Shown: one piece after another, positions 38,104 through 50,089 of the stretch | How the letters are laid out: each line of letters begins with the position of its first letter | Numbering within the stretch: position 1 is the first letter of the stretch | Source of the DNA: Octopus sinensis | Taxonomy: Eukaryota | NCBI RefSeq assembly: GCF_006345805.1 | Contig: NC_043011.1 | Location: 57,300,464 to 57,364,463, forward strand | Length of the DNA: 64,000 bases | Reading direction: 5' to 3' | Position numbers and translations under genes: made by a program | Notes under the pieces: model-generated | The model's input: only the letters and a program-made list of their open reading frames with translations | Told to the model about the DNA's origin: nothing | Databases searched by the model: none

Positions 38104-38189
38104 GTGAGTCAGCAGGTTCGTATCATGTGCTGGCAAAGTGATTTATTTGACCACGCAGTTGCACCTGCGCTCATATATGTCTATCTATA

Positions 38190-38441
38190 TAGGGTGCAGT
38201 GAATAAATTGTCGTCTAAATTACGCAAAAATGGAAATAACACCCACATCTCGTTTTAATAGATATATTTACTAAAATTACATAAAAATATCTTGTAATAC
38301 TAAAGAGTAAACTTATTCAATAAAGTCGCCATTGGCTTCAACCGCCAAACGACTTCAACCTCCAAACGACTTCAACCTCCAAACGACTTCAACCTCCAAA
38401 CGACTTCGGAATCTCCTGCAACTCTTCTGGACGGCTTCCAT
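38190..38441 (-). mobile_element. Tc1/mariner-superfamily 3' fragment with an internal 17-bp tandem amplification
   Basis: Minus strand EAVQKSCRRFRSRLE...VEANGDFIE*; CCAAACGACTTCAACCT x~3.7 at 38345-38407. Confidence 0.7.
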
Positions 38442-38619
38442 AATTTATAATTATAATGAGAGGTATAGAGATAGTACCCAGCAATGCTAGAAATAGGAAT
38501 CAAAAATCACTCTAAACCACTAAAATCACTTATGCACACTGGTGAATTCGAGGAAAATAGCAAAATCGAAAAAGCCAACTTACTGTTAGCAGTTGAAAAT
38601 CGCAAATGAGTTACAAACG

Positions 38620-38678
38620 TACTTATATCATATGATTTCGGGCCCTGTGAACAAGCACTTAGCCTTCATCAGTAAATA
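38620..38678 (-). ncRNA. Near-intact type I hammerhead ribozyme candidate
   Basis: UAUUUA-CUGAUGA-AGGCU...GGCCC-GAAA-UCAUAUGA-UA|UAAGUA; 6-bp stem I, palindromic stem III, AUA triplet. Confidence 0.6.
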
Positions 38679-38780
38679 TTAATGTATTCGGGGCTAAAGG
38701 TTTACTCATCTCACCGTGTGTTTATTGACCAATAGATTTTCGCGGCAAATTCAGAATCATGGAAGTGATATATATATATA

Positions 38781-38832
<52 letters not shown>

Positions 38833-38899
38833 CCGTTTGTAGAAAACATAAATCCTGAGAGAAGAAGCACCATATTTTGAAGAGTCTTAGGCCAACAGA

Positions 38900-38967
38900 T
38901 TTTGGGGGCTGACGATACGCATAAAGTTAAACCCTTTATGGACGCGAAGCCCAGGGTAATCCATAAA
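38900..38967 (+). ncRNA. Degenerate type I hammerhead-like motif
   Basis: GGGGG-CUGACGA-U-acgCAUAAAG-uuaaacc-CUUUAUGgacgc-GAAG-CCCaGGG-UA-aUCC; GAAA replaced by GAAG. Confidence 0.4.
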
Positions 38968-38983
38968 CCGGCCTTGCTCGGTA

Positions 38984-39040
<57 letters not shown>

Positions 39041-39557
39041 TGATATATTGATATGTGTGTAATTTATGATAAATTTCAAGTTGTTAAGCTGCAGTCTTTA
39101 AACTTTTCGAGTGGAGTTTTACACAGATGTGGATATCTTTTGGTTGACTGGACAATAGACAAAATAGTCCTCACATGGTTCACGCTACATTGAACAAATC
39201 GTCAGAGTAGCAAGAACTCACTCTTTTCTCTGCCCAGAAAGATAGCTAGTAAGAAATTATTTATATCAATGGATTTTAGTTCTAATGACTAAATTGATTT
39301 GCACACTATTGTGTTTGCCGGTGGCGTCATCAAACAAATAAAATATATTTATCTTCACTGCAACTTGTTTCGGAAAATATAAAATAAATTATTGAAGTAA
39401 TTAAGCTAAAGTCATTAGTACTCGCTGAAAAGTACGCTCAACCGCTATGCAACATTTGATCCACTCAAAACAACGTGTTGAACTCTCGGAACGTTTGCAC
39501 AGACTTATTTGAGTTTAGGAAGTGGCCTTACTTGTTCACGAGTTGACTTACACAATA

Positions 39558-40098
39558 TCTATTATATAAAATCCGTTCTGTCTGTGTGCGTGTCTTTTAG
39601 AATCTCGGGCATCCTCCATCCGATTGTGCTCAAATTTGATATGTAGGTACCGAAAGTATCAGGGCGTGTATAAGTCTTGAAAAAATTACAAAAATCGATT
39701 TCAGGTGAGAATGCGATCGATAAAGCCGTGGGAACGTGCATTTCTACGCGCAAGTACATCAGCTGTTGCGATCGAGACTATGCGAACACGAGAAAAATTC
39801 ACTTGTAGCTTGCGCAAAAAACCCTGCTGGCTTGAAATAATGCCACAAAATGCAGTATATTTAAGAGACCAAAAAATGCAAGATGCTAAAGATATTTTCT
39901 TCAAACTTGGCATGAAGGAAGGAAAGACTATTTGGTTTCTCAAGAAGTTTTTTTCCCTTAACTTCGTTTAATAAAACCAAAAATTTTATTAAAGGCATGC
40001 TTAATTATTTTTTAATGAAAAGAAAATACTGATTGCTTTTTATTCAGCAGATATGATTCAGCACCGTCCATTGGACGGGGGGCGTTTTGCTCGAGTGT
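39558..40098 (+). mobile_element. Non-autonomous Helitron (~540 bp)
   Basis: A|TCTATTATATAAAATCC 5' end; 3' hairpin CCGTCCA-T-TGGACGG followed by a degenerate CTAG (CTCGAG|T). Confidence 0.7.
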
Positions 40099-40117
40099 GT
40101 GTGTGTATTAGTTTCAA

Positions 40118-40322
40118 TTTTTTGGCACAAGGCCAGCAATTTCAGGGGAGTGGATAAATCGAATATATCGACCCCAGTACGCAACTGGTACTTATTATTT
40201 CGATCCCCGAAAGGATGAAAGGGAAAGTCGACGTCGGCGGAATTTGAACTCAGAACGTAAAGACGGACGAAATGCCACTAGACACTTCGTCTGGTGTACT
40301 AACGATTTTGCCAGCTCCCTGC
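40118..40322 (-). mobile_element. SINE family D
   Basis: Reverse complement of the D consensus. Confidence 0.85.
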
Positions 40323-41026
40323 CTTTGTTTGTATATTGAAAATTACTTCATAGTTCTATGAAATATATTATAAGTTTAATAAACTGTTTACAGGTAAGAA
40401 AAAATAAAATTATAAAATTTTAGATATGATATCTGTATCACAAAGAAACTTTTCTAACGAAAACGCAAAACAAAGACTATGAAACAATGTCTGCTACAAC
40501 AAAATTTTCCAGCGGACAATATTTCTGGTTCCAAATCAGGAAATATTTTCTTCTCAAACGGAGAAGATCCGCTTCAACTTGAAAAGATCCAGGACGTCGA
40601 AAAACTCGACTGTCCTTCACTTTCCGGGTTTATATAAGCTAGATATGACTTCTTACTTTATTGTGTGCGTCGCTGATACAAAAGAGTGTACATTTAGTTG
40701 ATCGTCGCTGACTAGAAAATACAGCGTTGCAATTTTTGTATTTTGTCTCTCTTGTTCTTTCATTCGATCTCCTCCTCATTCTGTCTCGTTCTCTCAAATT
40801 TCCATTCTTCCATACTCATACACGCATACATACATACATACATACATACATACATACATACATACATGCATGCATGCAACCACCTCTTTTCAACTTTCAG
40901 TTATTCTCTGTCTCCTTTCTTGACAAATAGTAGGGTGTGGCTTGAAGGAGATTCAGCTCGAATTTCTTGAAATGAATTTATACAAATCTTTCCTTTGATA
41001 GAAGTAAAATAATAATAATAATAATA

Positions 41027-41077
<51 letters not shown>

Positions 41078-41079
<2 letters not shown>

Positions 41080-41890
41080 GCAAAAGCTTATGCATGGTCT
41101 GGATAGACTTCAAAAAGGCTTACGACATGTTGCCGCATTCGTGAATTTTGGAAACATTCGACATGTGTAGAATAGCTGAGAACGTGTGTGCATTAAGCAC
41201 AACATGCCTAGTTGGAAAACGCGTCCTTCCTGCAACAACCAGCACTTAGCCGAGATAACAATCAAAAGAGGTATCTTCCAAAGAAACTCGTGTTCATCTC
41301 TGTTATTTGTTATAGTCTTACTCCCACCTTCTGTAGTCCTTCGTAAAATCAACGAGCTGAGAAAGAACGGACGTCGTCTCAACCGCCTTCACTTCAAAGA
41401 TGATTTAAAACTGTTCGCAAAAACAGAGCTTGAAGTTGAGAGGCTGGTTAAGACTGCAAATGTACAGCAAGGATATGGGGACGGAATTCGGTATCTCGAA
41501 GTGTGCAGTGCTTACTTTGAAGCAGAGGAAAAGAGTAAACTGCAGGGGCATTTGCCAAACGGAGAAAGAATGGAAGACTCGGATGATGATGAGTACAAGT
41601 ACCTTGGGATCCTGAGCTGGACAATATCTTGCACGGAGAAATGAAAGACAAGGTCACTACTGCATATTTCAAACGCCTTAAACTTCTCTTGAAATCAAAG
41701 CTCAACTCAAGGAACCTTGTGACTGCCATCAACATATGGGCTGCTGCTGCATTCTGCTATAGTGCACTCATCCTGAGATGGACACAAGCGGAGATTGACC
41801 AACTCGATCGCATTTTCCGACAGACAATGACAACGCATGGTGCCCTCGACCCTAAGGCAAATGTACACAGGCTCTACATGAAGAGAGCAT
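41078..41890 (+). pseudogene. R4/Dong-like LINE RT fragment, preceded by (AAT)n (41008-41077)
   Basis: WIDFKKAYDMLPHS...KRGIFQ...LHFKDDLKLF...YKYLGIL...SKLNSRNLVTAINIWA...HGALDPKANVHRLY. Confidence 0.88.
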
Positions 41891-42108
41891 TGGGTTCAGT
41901 ACCACCCAATCTTAAAGAAAAAAAAAACCATCTGAAAACCTTTGAAATACCTTACAATCTAGATCGGCATTACTTGGAACTGCACGCATATTGCGTCAAT
42001 TATTGTCTGTCTGAGGTCCTTGTTGTTACTTGACAAACAGTACAAACCTCCGGCAGACACAATATCTTTAATCAACAACCTCATGATATTGTGTACTGTG
42101 AGCTGTCT

Positions 42109-42166
<58 letters not shown>

Positions 42167-42167
42167 G

Positions 42168-42455
42168 GGAACCTAAAATTATATGAAAATGATCCCTGGC
42201 TTACCATCCCTGCAAGAAGTGCAAAAGATTGTCTTAACTGGTACATCACACGTATTGAGAAGAGCATTGTCGCTGTGAGAACTATTACTACCCATGTATT
42301 TTAATTTAACTTAAAAAAAAAATGAACGAACTATTGAGTTTAGTTTAATGGCCTACCAATGTATACTATGAGTTTCTTTGCCCCAGGAGTCGGGAAGACA
42401 CTCGGCAAGAAATGGAAGCAAATTTGAAAGAAGAAGAAAAAAAATAATAAGTACC
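42168..42455 (+). mobile_element. 3'-terminal fragment of a Dong-like LINE between (AAT)n tracts
   Basis: IPGLPSLQEVQKIVLTGTSHVLKRALSL* followed by a UTR. Confidence 0.65.
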
Positions 42456-42457
42456 AG

Positions 42458-42975
42458 GCAGTGGATCTCATGGCTTCTGATCTTAACTGATTGGAAGTGT
42501 TATCATGTACGTTGTTTTGTCATGTTTGGGCTACAGCAAATATTCTGCTCAATACGACAAATTTGTTTGTCAGTTGTTTGACCATAACCAGTTGATCGTG
42601 TCCCTTAGTGGCTGACGATATGTGCATCTCTGATCACGAGCAGAAGTAGTGGGGGAGCATCATAGCCATGTGTTGAGAGGGATTCTTTGGGGTTTGAATA
42701 ATTCATCTCTGGAAACATTGGTGTTTCATTCAACATCCTTAAACAACCCTTATTCAGGGACTTTTTGAGCGGGATGGGTTACTCGACCAGAATAAAATTC
42801 TAACTGGGCCCCACCTGTAAGGTCATGTGCTGTTTATCTTGACATGAGATCACCATGTCACGTACATATGGTTGTAATGCATGTGCCTGGTGTACCCTTA
42901 TCAGACGAGTAGTCATGATGGGTATACTGGGCTTCGTATATTTTACCCTAGTGTCACTTTGATGGCATGCACTCA
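42458..42975. mobile_element. Unclassified ~515-bp interspersed repeat bounded by (TAA)n
   Basis: Complex sequence with sharp TAA boundaries and no recognisable ORF; one copy in the window. Confidence 0.45.
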
Positions 42976-42998
42976 ATAATAATAATAATAATAATAAC

Positions 42999-43593
42999 AA
43001 TCCTTTCTACTATAAGCACAAGGCTTCAGATTTGTGGGGAGTCGGTAAGTCGATCACATCGACCCCGGTACGCAACTGGTACTTAATTTATTGACCCCGA
43101 AAAGATGAAAGGCAAAGTCGGCTCCGGTGGCATTTGAACTCAGAATGTTAATGGTTTCAAATTTTGCCACAAGGGCAGCAATCTTAGGGGAAGTCAGATG
43201 TTTCGATTACATCGACCCCAGTGTTCAACAGGTACTCATTTTATCTATCTTGAAAGGATGAAAGGCTAAGTCGACCTCGGCGGAATTTGAGCTCAATGTC
43301 ATGACGGGCGAAATGCTGCTAGGCATTTTACCCGGCGTGCTAACGATTCTGCCAGCTCTCCGCCTTAATAATAACAATAATTCTTTCTAGTAAAGGCAAA
43401 AGGCCTGAAATTTGCGGGGTAGAAAATAGTCGATGACATCGACTCCAGTATTTCATAGGCACTTAATTTATCGACCCTGAAAGGATGAAAGGAAAAGTTG
43501 ACTTCGGCGGTATTTGGACTCAGAATGTAAAGACGGGCGGAATGCCGCTAAACATTCGGCCCGGCGCTATAACGATTCTGCCAGCTTTCCGCC
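42999..43593 (-). mobile_element. Head-to-tail trimer of SINE D between (AAT)n tracts
   Basis: Three GAAAGGATGAAAGG..AAGTCGAC-type domains at ~43100, ~43255 and ~43480. Confidence 0.85.
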
Positions 43594-43654
<61 letters not shown>

Positions 43655-43755
43655 TAATGTTTTGTTAGGCTTTCGTTTTGTATTTTCTGAATACAAGATG
43701 GACCAACATACAGATACTTCTCGTTATATACATGGACAGAAAATTAGGAAATTCC

Positions 43756-43808
<53 letters not shown>

Positions 43809-43819
43809 ACACACACACA

Positions 43820-44042
43820 TAGTAATCCTACGACTATTACGGGTGTTACGTTCCAAAAACCCCGCGATAGGTGAAAATCCATGAAGTAGAAACAGTACTG
43901 TACTGTATATATATTTTTTATTAGTTTCATAATTTGTATATATTTATTTTATTATAAATGCAAAACAATACTACGGAAGAATCGACGTAAGCTTAAATAA
44001 TAAACCGCGATAGGTGAACCGCGATACGGCGAGGGATTACTG
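43820..44042. mobile_element. pogo/Tigger-like MITE
   Basis: TIRs (C)AGTAATCCTACGACTATTACGG / CCGCGATACGGCGAGGGATTACTG followed by TA. Confidence 0.65.
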
Positions 44043-44731
44043 TATATGTGTGTATATATATGGGTGCATGGATACATGTATAATTTAATAGAATAACATA
44101 TTGCAAAAAGTTTGTTTGATTCGTGATAAACAAAATTATTAAAAAGTGAACAAATTGAAGAACTTGAAGAATTCATAATAAAGCCTTTTGGCAAAAATCG
44201 AAAACCGATAACACTTTGAAAAAATGTCTTGCACCGGAATAAAGGCTGTGGTTGAAGCGTGTGATAAGAAACCGTTTTGGCTCATAAAATATGGGTTAAG
44301 GAAAAATATTGAAGAAGATTGTAGATAGTATAGACCCTGAAATATGTATGATGAACCAGAGATAAGAAATTGAAAGAAATAGATTAAGGTAAAGTAGATT
44401 AACTTTCTAGCGGATAGTGTTGATAGCAAGAGAGAGAATTTTTTATATTTGAAAAAAAAAAAAAAAGAAGCGGCAACCGTTAGGAAAATTGTAAATAATA
44501 AGGAAAATTAAGTGAAATTAAGGTATATTTGTTACATAAATAATGAACCTAAATATGGTTATTTATCAAACTAATAGGTAATATAATAATGTAATTTATA
44601 TTAGTAGAAACCGATTCGTAACAAAATAAACGTGAATGAAATGAAATAAAATAAAAAGACCGCTATGGACGATTGAAGTAAATATGAAGGAAAGGTTATA
44701 AGGACTTATACGCAAGTATATAAATAGATAA

Positions 44732-44894
<163 letters not shown>

Positions 44895-45572
44895 CGTGTA
44901 TGTAAATATGTCTGTCTGTCTGTCTAATTGTAACGATAAAAATTGCCATTTTCTAAAAGTAAAAAAGTGTAGGTAGCGTTCTAGTGGCTCAAAGAATATA
45001 ATTAGGATCTGACTATGAGCGAAAAAATGTTATTAAGTTTGGGAAATAAACTAAATTAGATTAAGCAACAGACTCAGTGCTAACTAAATACGATGTGTAT
45101 ATAGTATGTTACGTTTCAGGCGACGTGTAAGTAAAACACAAACAAATATACAGATTTTGTTAATGTTAAATATGACATTAACGTTGGGAATTTTAAAATG
45201 TGTCGATAAAAATACCAGGGGGTGGATGGGTGGGATGGAAGAAAATTATGTTAAAGTTATTGAGAAGAACTGAAATTATAATGAAATGGAATAAAATATT
45301 TTATAAAAGAAGGACTAGTGAAATGTGTAAGAGGAATAAAATAATAAAAAGAATAGAAAAAGAAATAATATAAATATATTGATAAAAGAAAATTATAAGA
45401 AAAAATTAAGTCCTGAATTTTATGAAGACTGAAGATTGTTAATGGTGGACCTAAAATAAAGAATGAGTTAATATGGATCGAAATATATGCATTTAAGAAA
45501 GTCTTATGCGTAAATGAATGCATGTACAAATGCATATATATGTGTGTGAGTATATATATGCATATATATATA

Positions 45573-45624
<52 letters not shown>

Positions 45625-46315
45625 AAATTTGAAGAAGACAAAAATGGAGAAATATCGATGAAAAACAATTGCCTTACACAAATTATTATTTATTAATTCA
45701 CTACAAATAGACTGCATCCCATCTAACAGCTGTTTCTGCTTCCCATGTATGGTATTGCCATTGATAAACTAAAATATGTATCATATTTGGTAATAAAACT
45801 GATCGGAAACATGGAGCTTCATCGGAGTGAAGAATAAATAAAGAAGAAGACCATAGAGGAGAAAAAGGGACAAGTTGAATATGGTTGTAATTATGCCATT
45901 TTGCTTGCGTATCTCTTTGGGATGTTAAGTAAATGACTAAACTAAAAATAGCAGTTGGGGGATTAGTCCTTTGTACGGTGGGGGTAGGATTGATAAACAA
46001 TAAAGAAACCAAAAATAACAGTGGGATACGCCAATAGATTTTAGTCGGGGGAGGGGTGAAGATACAATAATTTATAATAATTATGCTTGTAGTACTAATT
46101 AATAGTATTAATTATAATAAAATGCTTAATGGGTTAAGTGTAATTTTTATTTATTTACTAGTTGATGGTAAATCCTTTCCACCTGTTGTCTGCAGTGAAA
46201 TTGGTCAAGGCCAGTTGAAATTTAAAAACAAAAGGCCAGCTTTTGAGACCGTCATACGGGGGTAAGATAAATAAATAAATGAATGGGAAAATGGTGTTTG
46301 TTGTATATATATATA

Positions 46316-46710
46316 GCGTAGGAGTGGCTGTGTGGTAAGTAGCTTGCTTACAAACTGCATGGTCCTGGGTTCAGTACCACTGCGTGGCACCTTGGGCAAG
46401 GGTCTTCTACAATAGCCTCGGGCCGACCAAAGCCTTATGAGTGGATTTGGTAGACGGAAACTGAAAGAAGCCCGTCGTATATATGTATGTGTGTGTATAT
46501 GTTTATGTGTCTGTGTTTGTCCCCCCAACATCGCTTGACAACAGATGCTGGTGTGTTTACGTCCCCGTAACTTTGCGGATCGGCAAAAGAGACCGATAGA
46601 ATAAGTACTAGGCTTACAAAGAATAAGTCCTGGGGTCGATTTGCTCGACTAAAGGCGGTGCTCCAGCACAGCCACAGTCCGATGACTGAAACAAGTAAAA
46701 GAGTAAAAAA
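46316..46710 (+). mobile_element. SINE family A
   Basis: Full-length copy. Confidence 0.9.
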
Positions 46711-47103
46711 GATATATATATATATATGAAATACCAAAAGGATTAGCGTCGAGGAATAAAAGTGGAGTCATTTAAGTAGTATTTCCCGAGATTTAGTTCT
46801 TTGAAAACATTTCATTTTTTTCTCTCCATTGTTCAAGAATACAATTTGTGTTATTTATGGGAATTATATACTAATTGATATCATGACACAACCAGTAAAC
46901 ATAGCGAGCGGATCATATATTTTCAGACGTCTTTACATACATATACACACATACACACATGCACACACAGTAATCATTAGTGCACGTGTCCGCAAGAGGA
47001 TATGTGTCTCTGCGCGTGTGTGTATGTGTGTGTATGTATATTTGCGTTTGTATGTGTATGTATCTATATATATATACGTACAGACATTTGGATATTCTTC
47101 TGT

Positions 47104-47408
47104 TCTTTTATTCTTTTATTTGTTTCAATCATTTGGCTGCGGTCATACTGGAGCATTGCCTTTAGTCGAATAAATCGATCCCCCAGGACTTATTCTTTGT
47201 AAGCCTAGTACTTATTCTATCGCTTCCTTTTTGCCGAACCGCTAAGTTACGGGGACGTAAAAACATCAGCCTCGGTTGTCAAGCGATGGTGGGGGAAATA
47301 CAGACACACATACACACTCACACATATATGCATACGACGGGCTTCAATCAGTTTCCGTCTACCAAATCCAAGCTTTGGTCGCTTCGAGGCGATAATAGAA
47401 GACACTTG
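47104..47408 (-). mobile_element. SINE family A, 5'-truncated
   Basis: Reverse complement of the 3' module plus part of the 5' module. Confidence 0.85.
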
Positions 47409-47689
47409 TTGAGCACTGGGGTCGACGTAACCGATTTAACCCATTCCCGAAACTGCTGGCCTTGTTCTCAAACTCTTAAAACCAATGTGTGTGTGTGTGT
47501 GTGTGTGTATAAATTCTATGTTTTTTGAGACCGATTTTCCCTCTCACTCGCATTGCCGACGCCTTATTCCGAAATGTGCAATGATAATAGGAACATTAGG
47601 AATATTTAAAGAACTTGAAGAAAAGCATAAAAGCGAAATTAGGGCCCACATCTTTCTACAGGCTCCAAAATTAACCCATATTACTCAAG

Positions 47690-47960
47690 ACAGCTCCAAG
47701 ATGGTGTTGATTGGACATTGCCTGCCCGATTGATAGAATGGCTGGAAAAGAACGTGAGAAAATAAAGATCCCTAAAACCTTAATGAGATTGTCAGAGAAT
47801 TGGAAGTTCAATTAAGTTTTCATTATTCCAGTTGTAATACGTGCCTTCCTTACAGTTTTGAGAAATTTCAGTGGTTTGTTTAAAATGCTGGATATCGAAG
47901 TGTATTTGTTAATTTAATAGAAAGCGTGTTTGTTTGATACAGCAAGAACTGGTTATACAG
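47690..47960 (+). pseudogene. Old R4/Dong-like endonuclease relic
   Basis: DIACPID*..GKEREK....IIPVVI....KACLFDTAR. Confidence 0.6.
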
Positions 47961-48066
47961 TTTTATGTCTAGCAATCTGAAACCGATAAAACAACAGCGA
48001 AATGCTGAGTGAACGATACGAATAATAATCAAAACGATGATACTGCTGCTGATAATGATAACAGCA

Positions 48067-48117
<51 letters not shown>

Positions 48118-48118
<1 letters not shown>

Positions 48119-48297
48119 CTTTCTATTGGAGGCACAAAGCCTCAAATTTGTGTTAGGGATTAAGTCGATTTATCGACTCTGAAAGGATGAAAAGCAAAGT
48201 CGACCTCGGTGGTATTTGAACTCAGAACGTAGCGACAGGCGAAATGCCGCTAAGCATTTCGTACAGCGCGCTAACGATTTTGCTAGCTCACCGCCAT
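48118..48297 (-). mobile_element. SINE family D, internally deleted, (AAT)n on both sides
   Basis: (AAT)n at 48068-48117 and 48297-48335. Confidence 0.85.
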
Positions 48298-48557
48298 AAT
48301 AATAATAATAATAATATAATAATAATAATAATAATCTATATTATAATGGGGAAAGCTGCTTATTAATTAGGTATGTAGCATTTACTAAAAGAAAGTAATT
48401 ACTTAGGGATTGACCGTCTGGAAATTGTTTTATAAATTCATGTTCCAAGAAATTTCCAGTAATTTCGATTTCTGAAGGTTATTGAATATTTGAACAATTT
48501 TTTTTTACAAATTTAGATATTTGTTGCATTCACTGCGGAGTAGATTTAATAAAGTGA

Positions 48558-48871
48558 GGGCGCGTGGCTTAGTGGTTAGGGCATTCGGCTCATGATCGTA
48601 AGGTTGTGAGTTCGATTCCCGGCGACGCGTTGTGTCCTTGAGCAAGACACTTTATTTCACGTTGCTCCAGTCCACTCAGCTGGCAAAAATGAGTTGTACT
48701 TGTATTCAAAGGGTCAGCCTTGTCACTCTCTGTGTCACGCTGATTATCCCCGAGAACTACGTTAGGGTACACGTGTCTGTGGAATGCCAGCCATTTGCAC
48801 GTTAATTTCACGAGCAAGCTGTTCCGTTGATCGTATCAGCTGGGACCCTCGTCGTCGTAACCGGCGGAGTC
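48558..48871 (+). mobile_element. SINE family B (tail 1) with 12-bp TSD
   Basis: TSD AGATTTAATAAA at 48542-48553 and 48881-48892; A and B boxes intact. Confidence 0.9.
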
Positions 48872-49070
48872 AGAAGAAGAAGATTTAATAAACAGTATTA
48901 ATTTGTTGCCACCGAAATTTTCTGTTTTCATTTGTAGTGGTCCCTCACTCTCTCTCTCTCTCTCTCTCTCTTGCTTCTATTTTCATTAATGATAATTTAA
49001 CATGTATTCATTTCTATGTTTTCATTTCAAGTTTTAAATCGCTATTTGCAAAACCCACAGTTTATTCTAT

Positions 49071-49453
49071 GGAAGCACTCCGTCGGTTACGACGATGAGG
49101 GCTCCGGTTGATCCGACCAGCGGAACAGCCTGCTCGTGAAATTAACGTGTAAGTGGCTGAGCACTCCACAGACACGTGTACCCTTAACGTAGTTCTCGGG
49201 GATATTCAGCGTGACACAGAGAGTGACAAGGCCGGCCCTTTGAAATACAGGTACAACAGAAACAGGGGGTAAGAGTGAGAGAAAGTTGTGGTGAAAGAGT
49301 ACAGCAGGGATCACCACCATCCCTGCCGGATCCTCGTGGAGCTTTAGGTGTTTTCGGTCAATAAACACTCACAACGCCCGGTCTGGGAATCGAAACCGCG
49401 ATCCTACGACCGCGCGTCCGCTGCCCTAACCACTGGGCCATTGCGCCTCCACA
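49071..49453 (-). mobile_element. SINE family C (tail 1) with 12-bp TSD
   Basis: TSD AGTTTATTCTAT at 49059-49070 and 49454-49465. Confidence 0.92.
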
Positions 49454-50089
49454 AGTTTATTCTATATACGTAATGTGTAAAAAAAAAAAATAAAGAAAAA
49501 AAAAAATTAATTGAATGAATGATTGCTATTAGGCAAAATAGTTGTATAACTTTGAATGAAGATTTTTTCATATACCTGTATAATTTTTAACAGAAAAATT
49601 AAGCAGTGATTTTGATGGTATGGCTGTTTAGAACGCTATAAGCCTTACAATAATAACTGTGATCACTACTATTTCTAGCACAGTAAACCTTGAAGTTTAT
49701 TTAAATTATAGATATATTACAACTGCGATAAATTACTGAAAGAAATATTTACCAAGCAAGCGAGATATTTTATAAATTGAAGTTTTCAGGAAAATTTACT
49801 TTCTGAATTCTGTTGTGTTTGGGGAGAGTCATTCTCTTTTAGTGCCTTATTATTTAACACACTCACCGGTAAAATTTTCACTCATTTATTTGTTTATTTT
49901 TCTAAAATTTTTGTTGCGTCTTGCAACTTTTTCAATAGTTGTTCACTCTGTCCGTTATTCAACTTCCTTTTATTATTGAATATTTCAAGTTCACAGATTT
50001 TAATATTCTGTACATAATCGGTCTTAATGAGCTTGTTTATTTCATCCATTATTTGCAATGCTCTCTTACACACTCTCTCATACACACAC

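Noticed and set aside
38345-38407. Regularly spaced direct repeats as a CRISPR-like array (also the 62488-63355 arrays)
   Set aside because: Contiguous tandem repeats or SINE multimers with no unique spacers, in eukaryotic DNA.
40350-40398. CAG|GTAAGA donor closing a possible 40-nt exon
   Set aside because: Weak upstream acceptor and unrecognisable peptide.
42606-42650. CTGACGA...GTG/CAC-GAGC as a hammerhead
   Set aside because: GAAA absent; no stem I or III.
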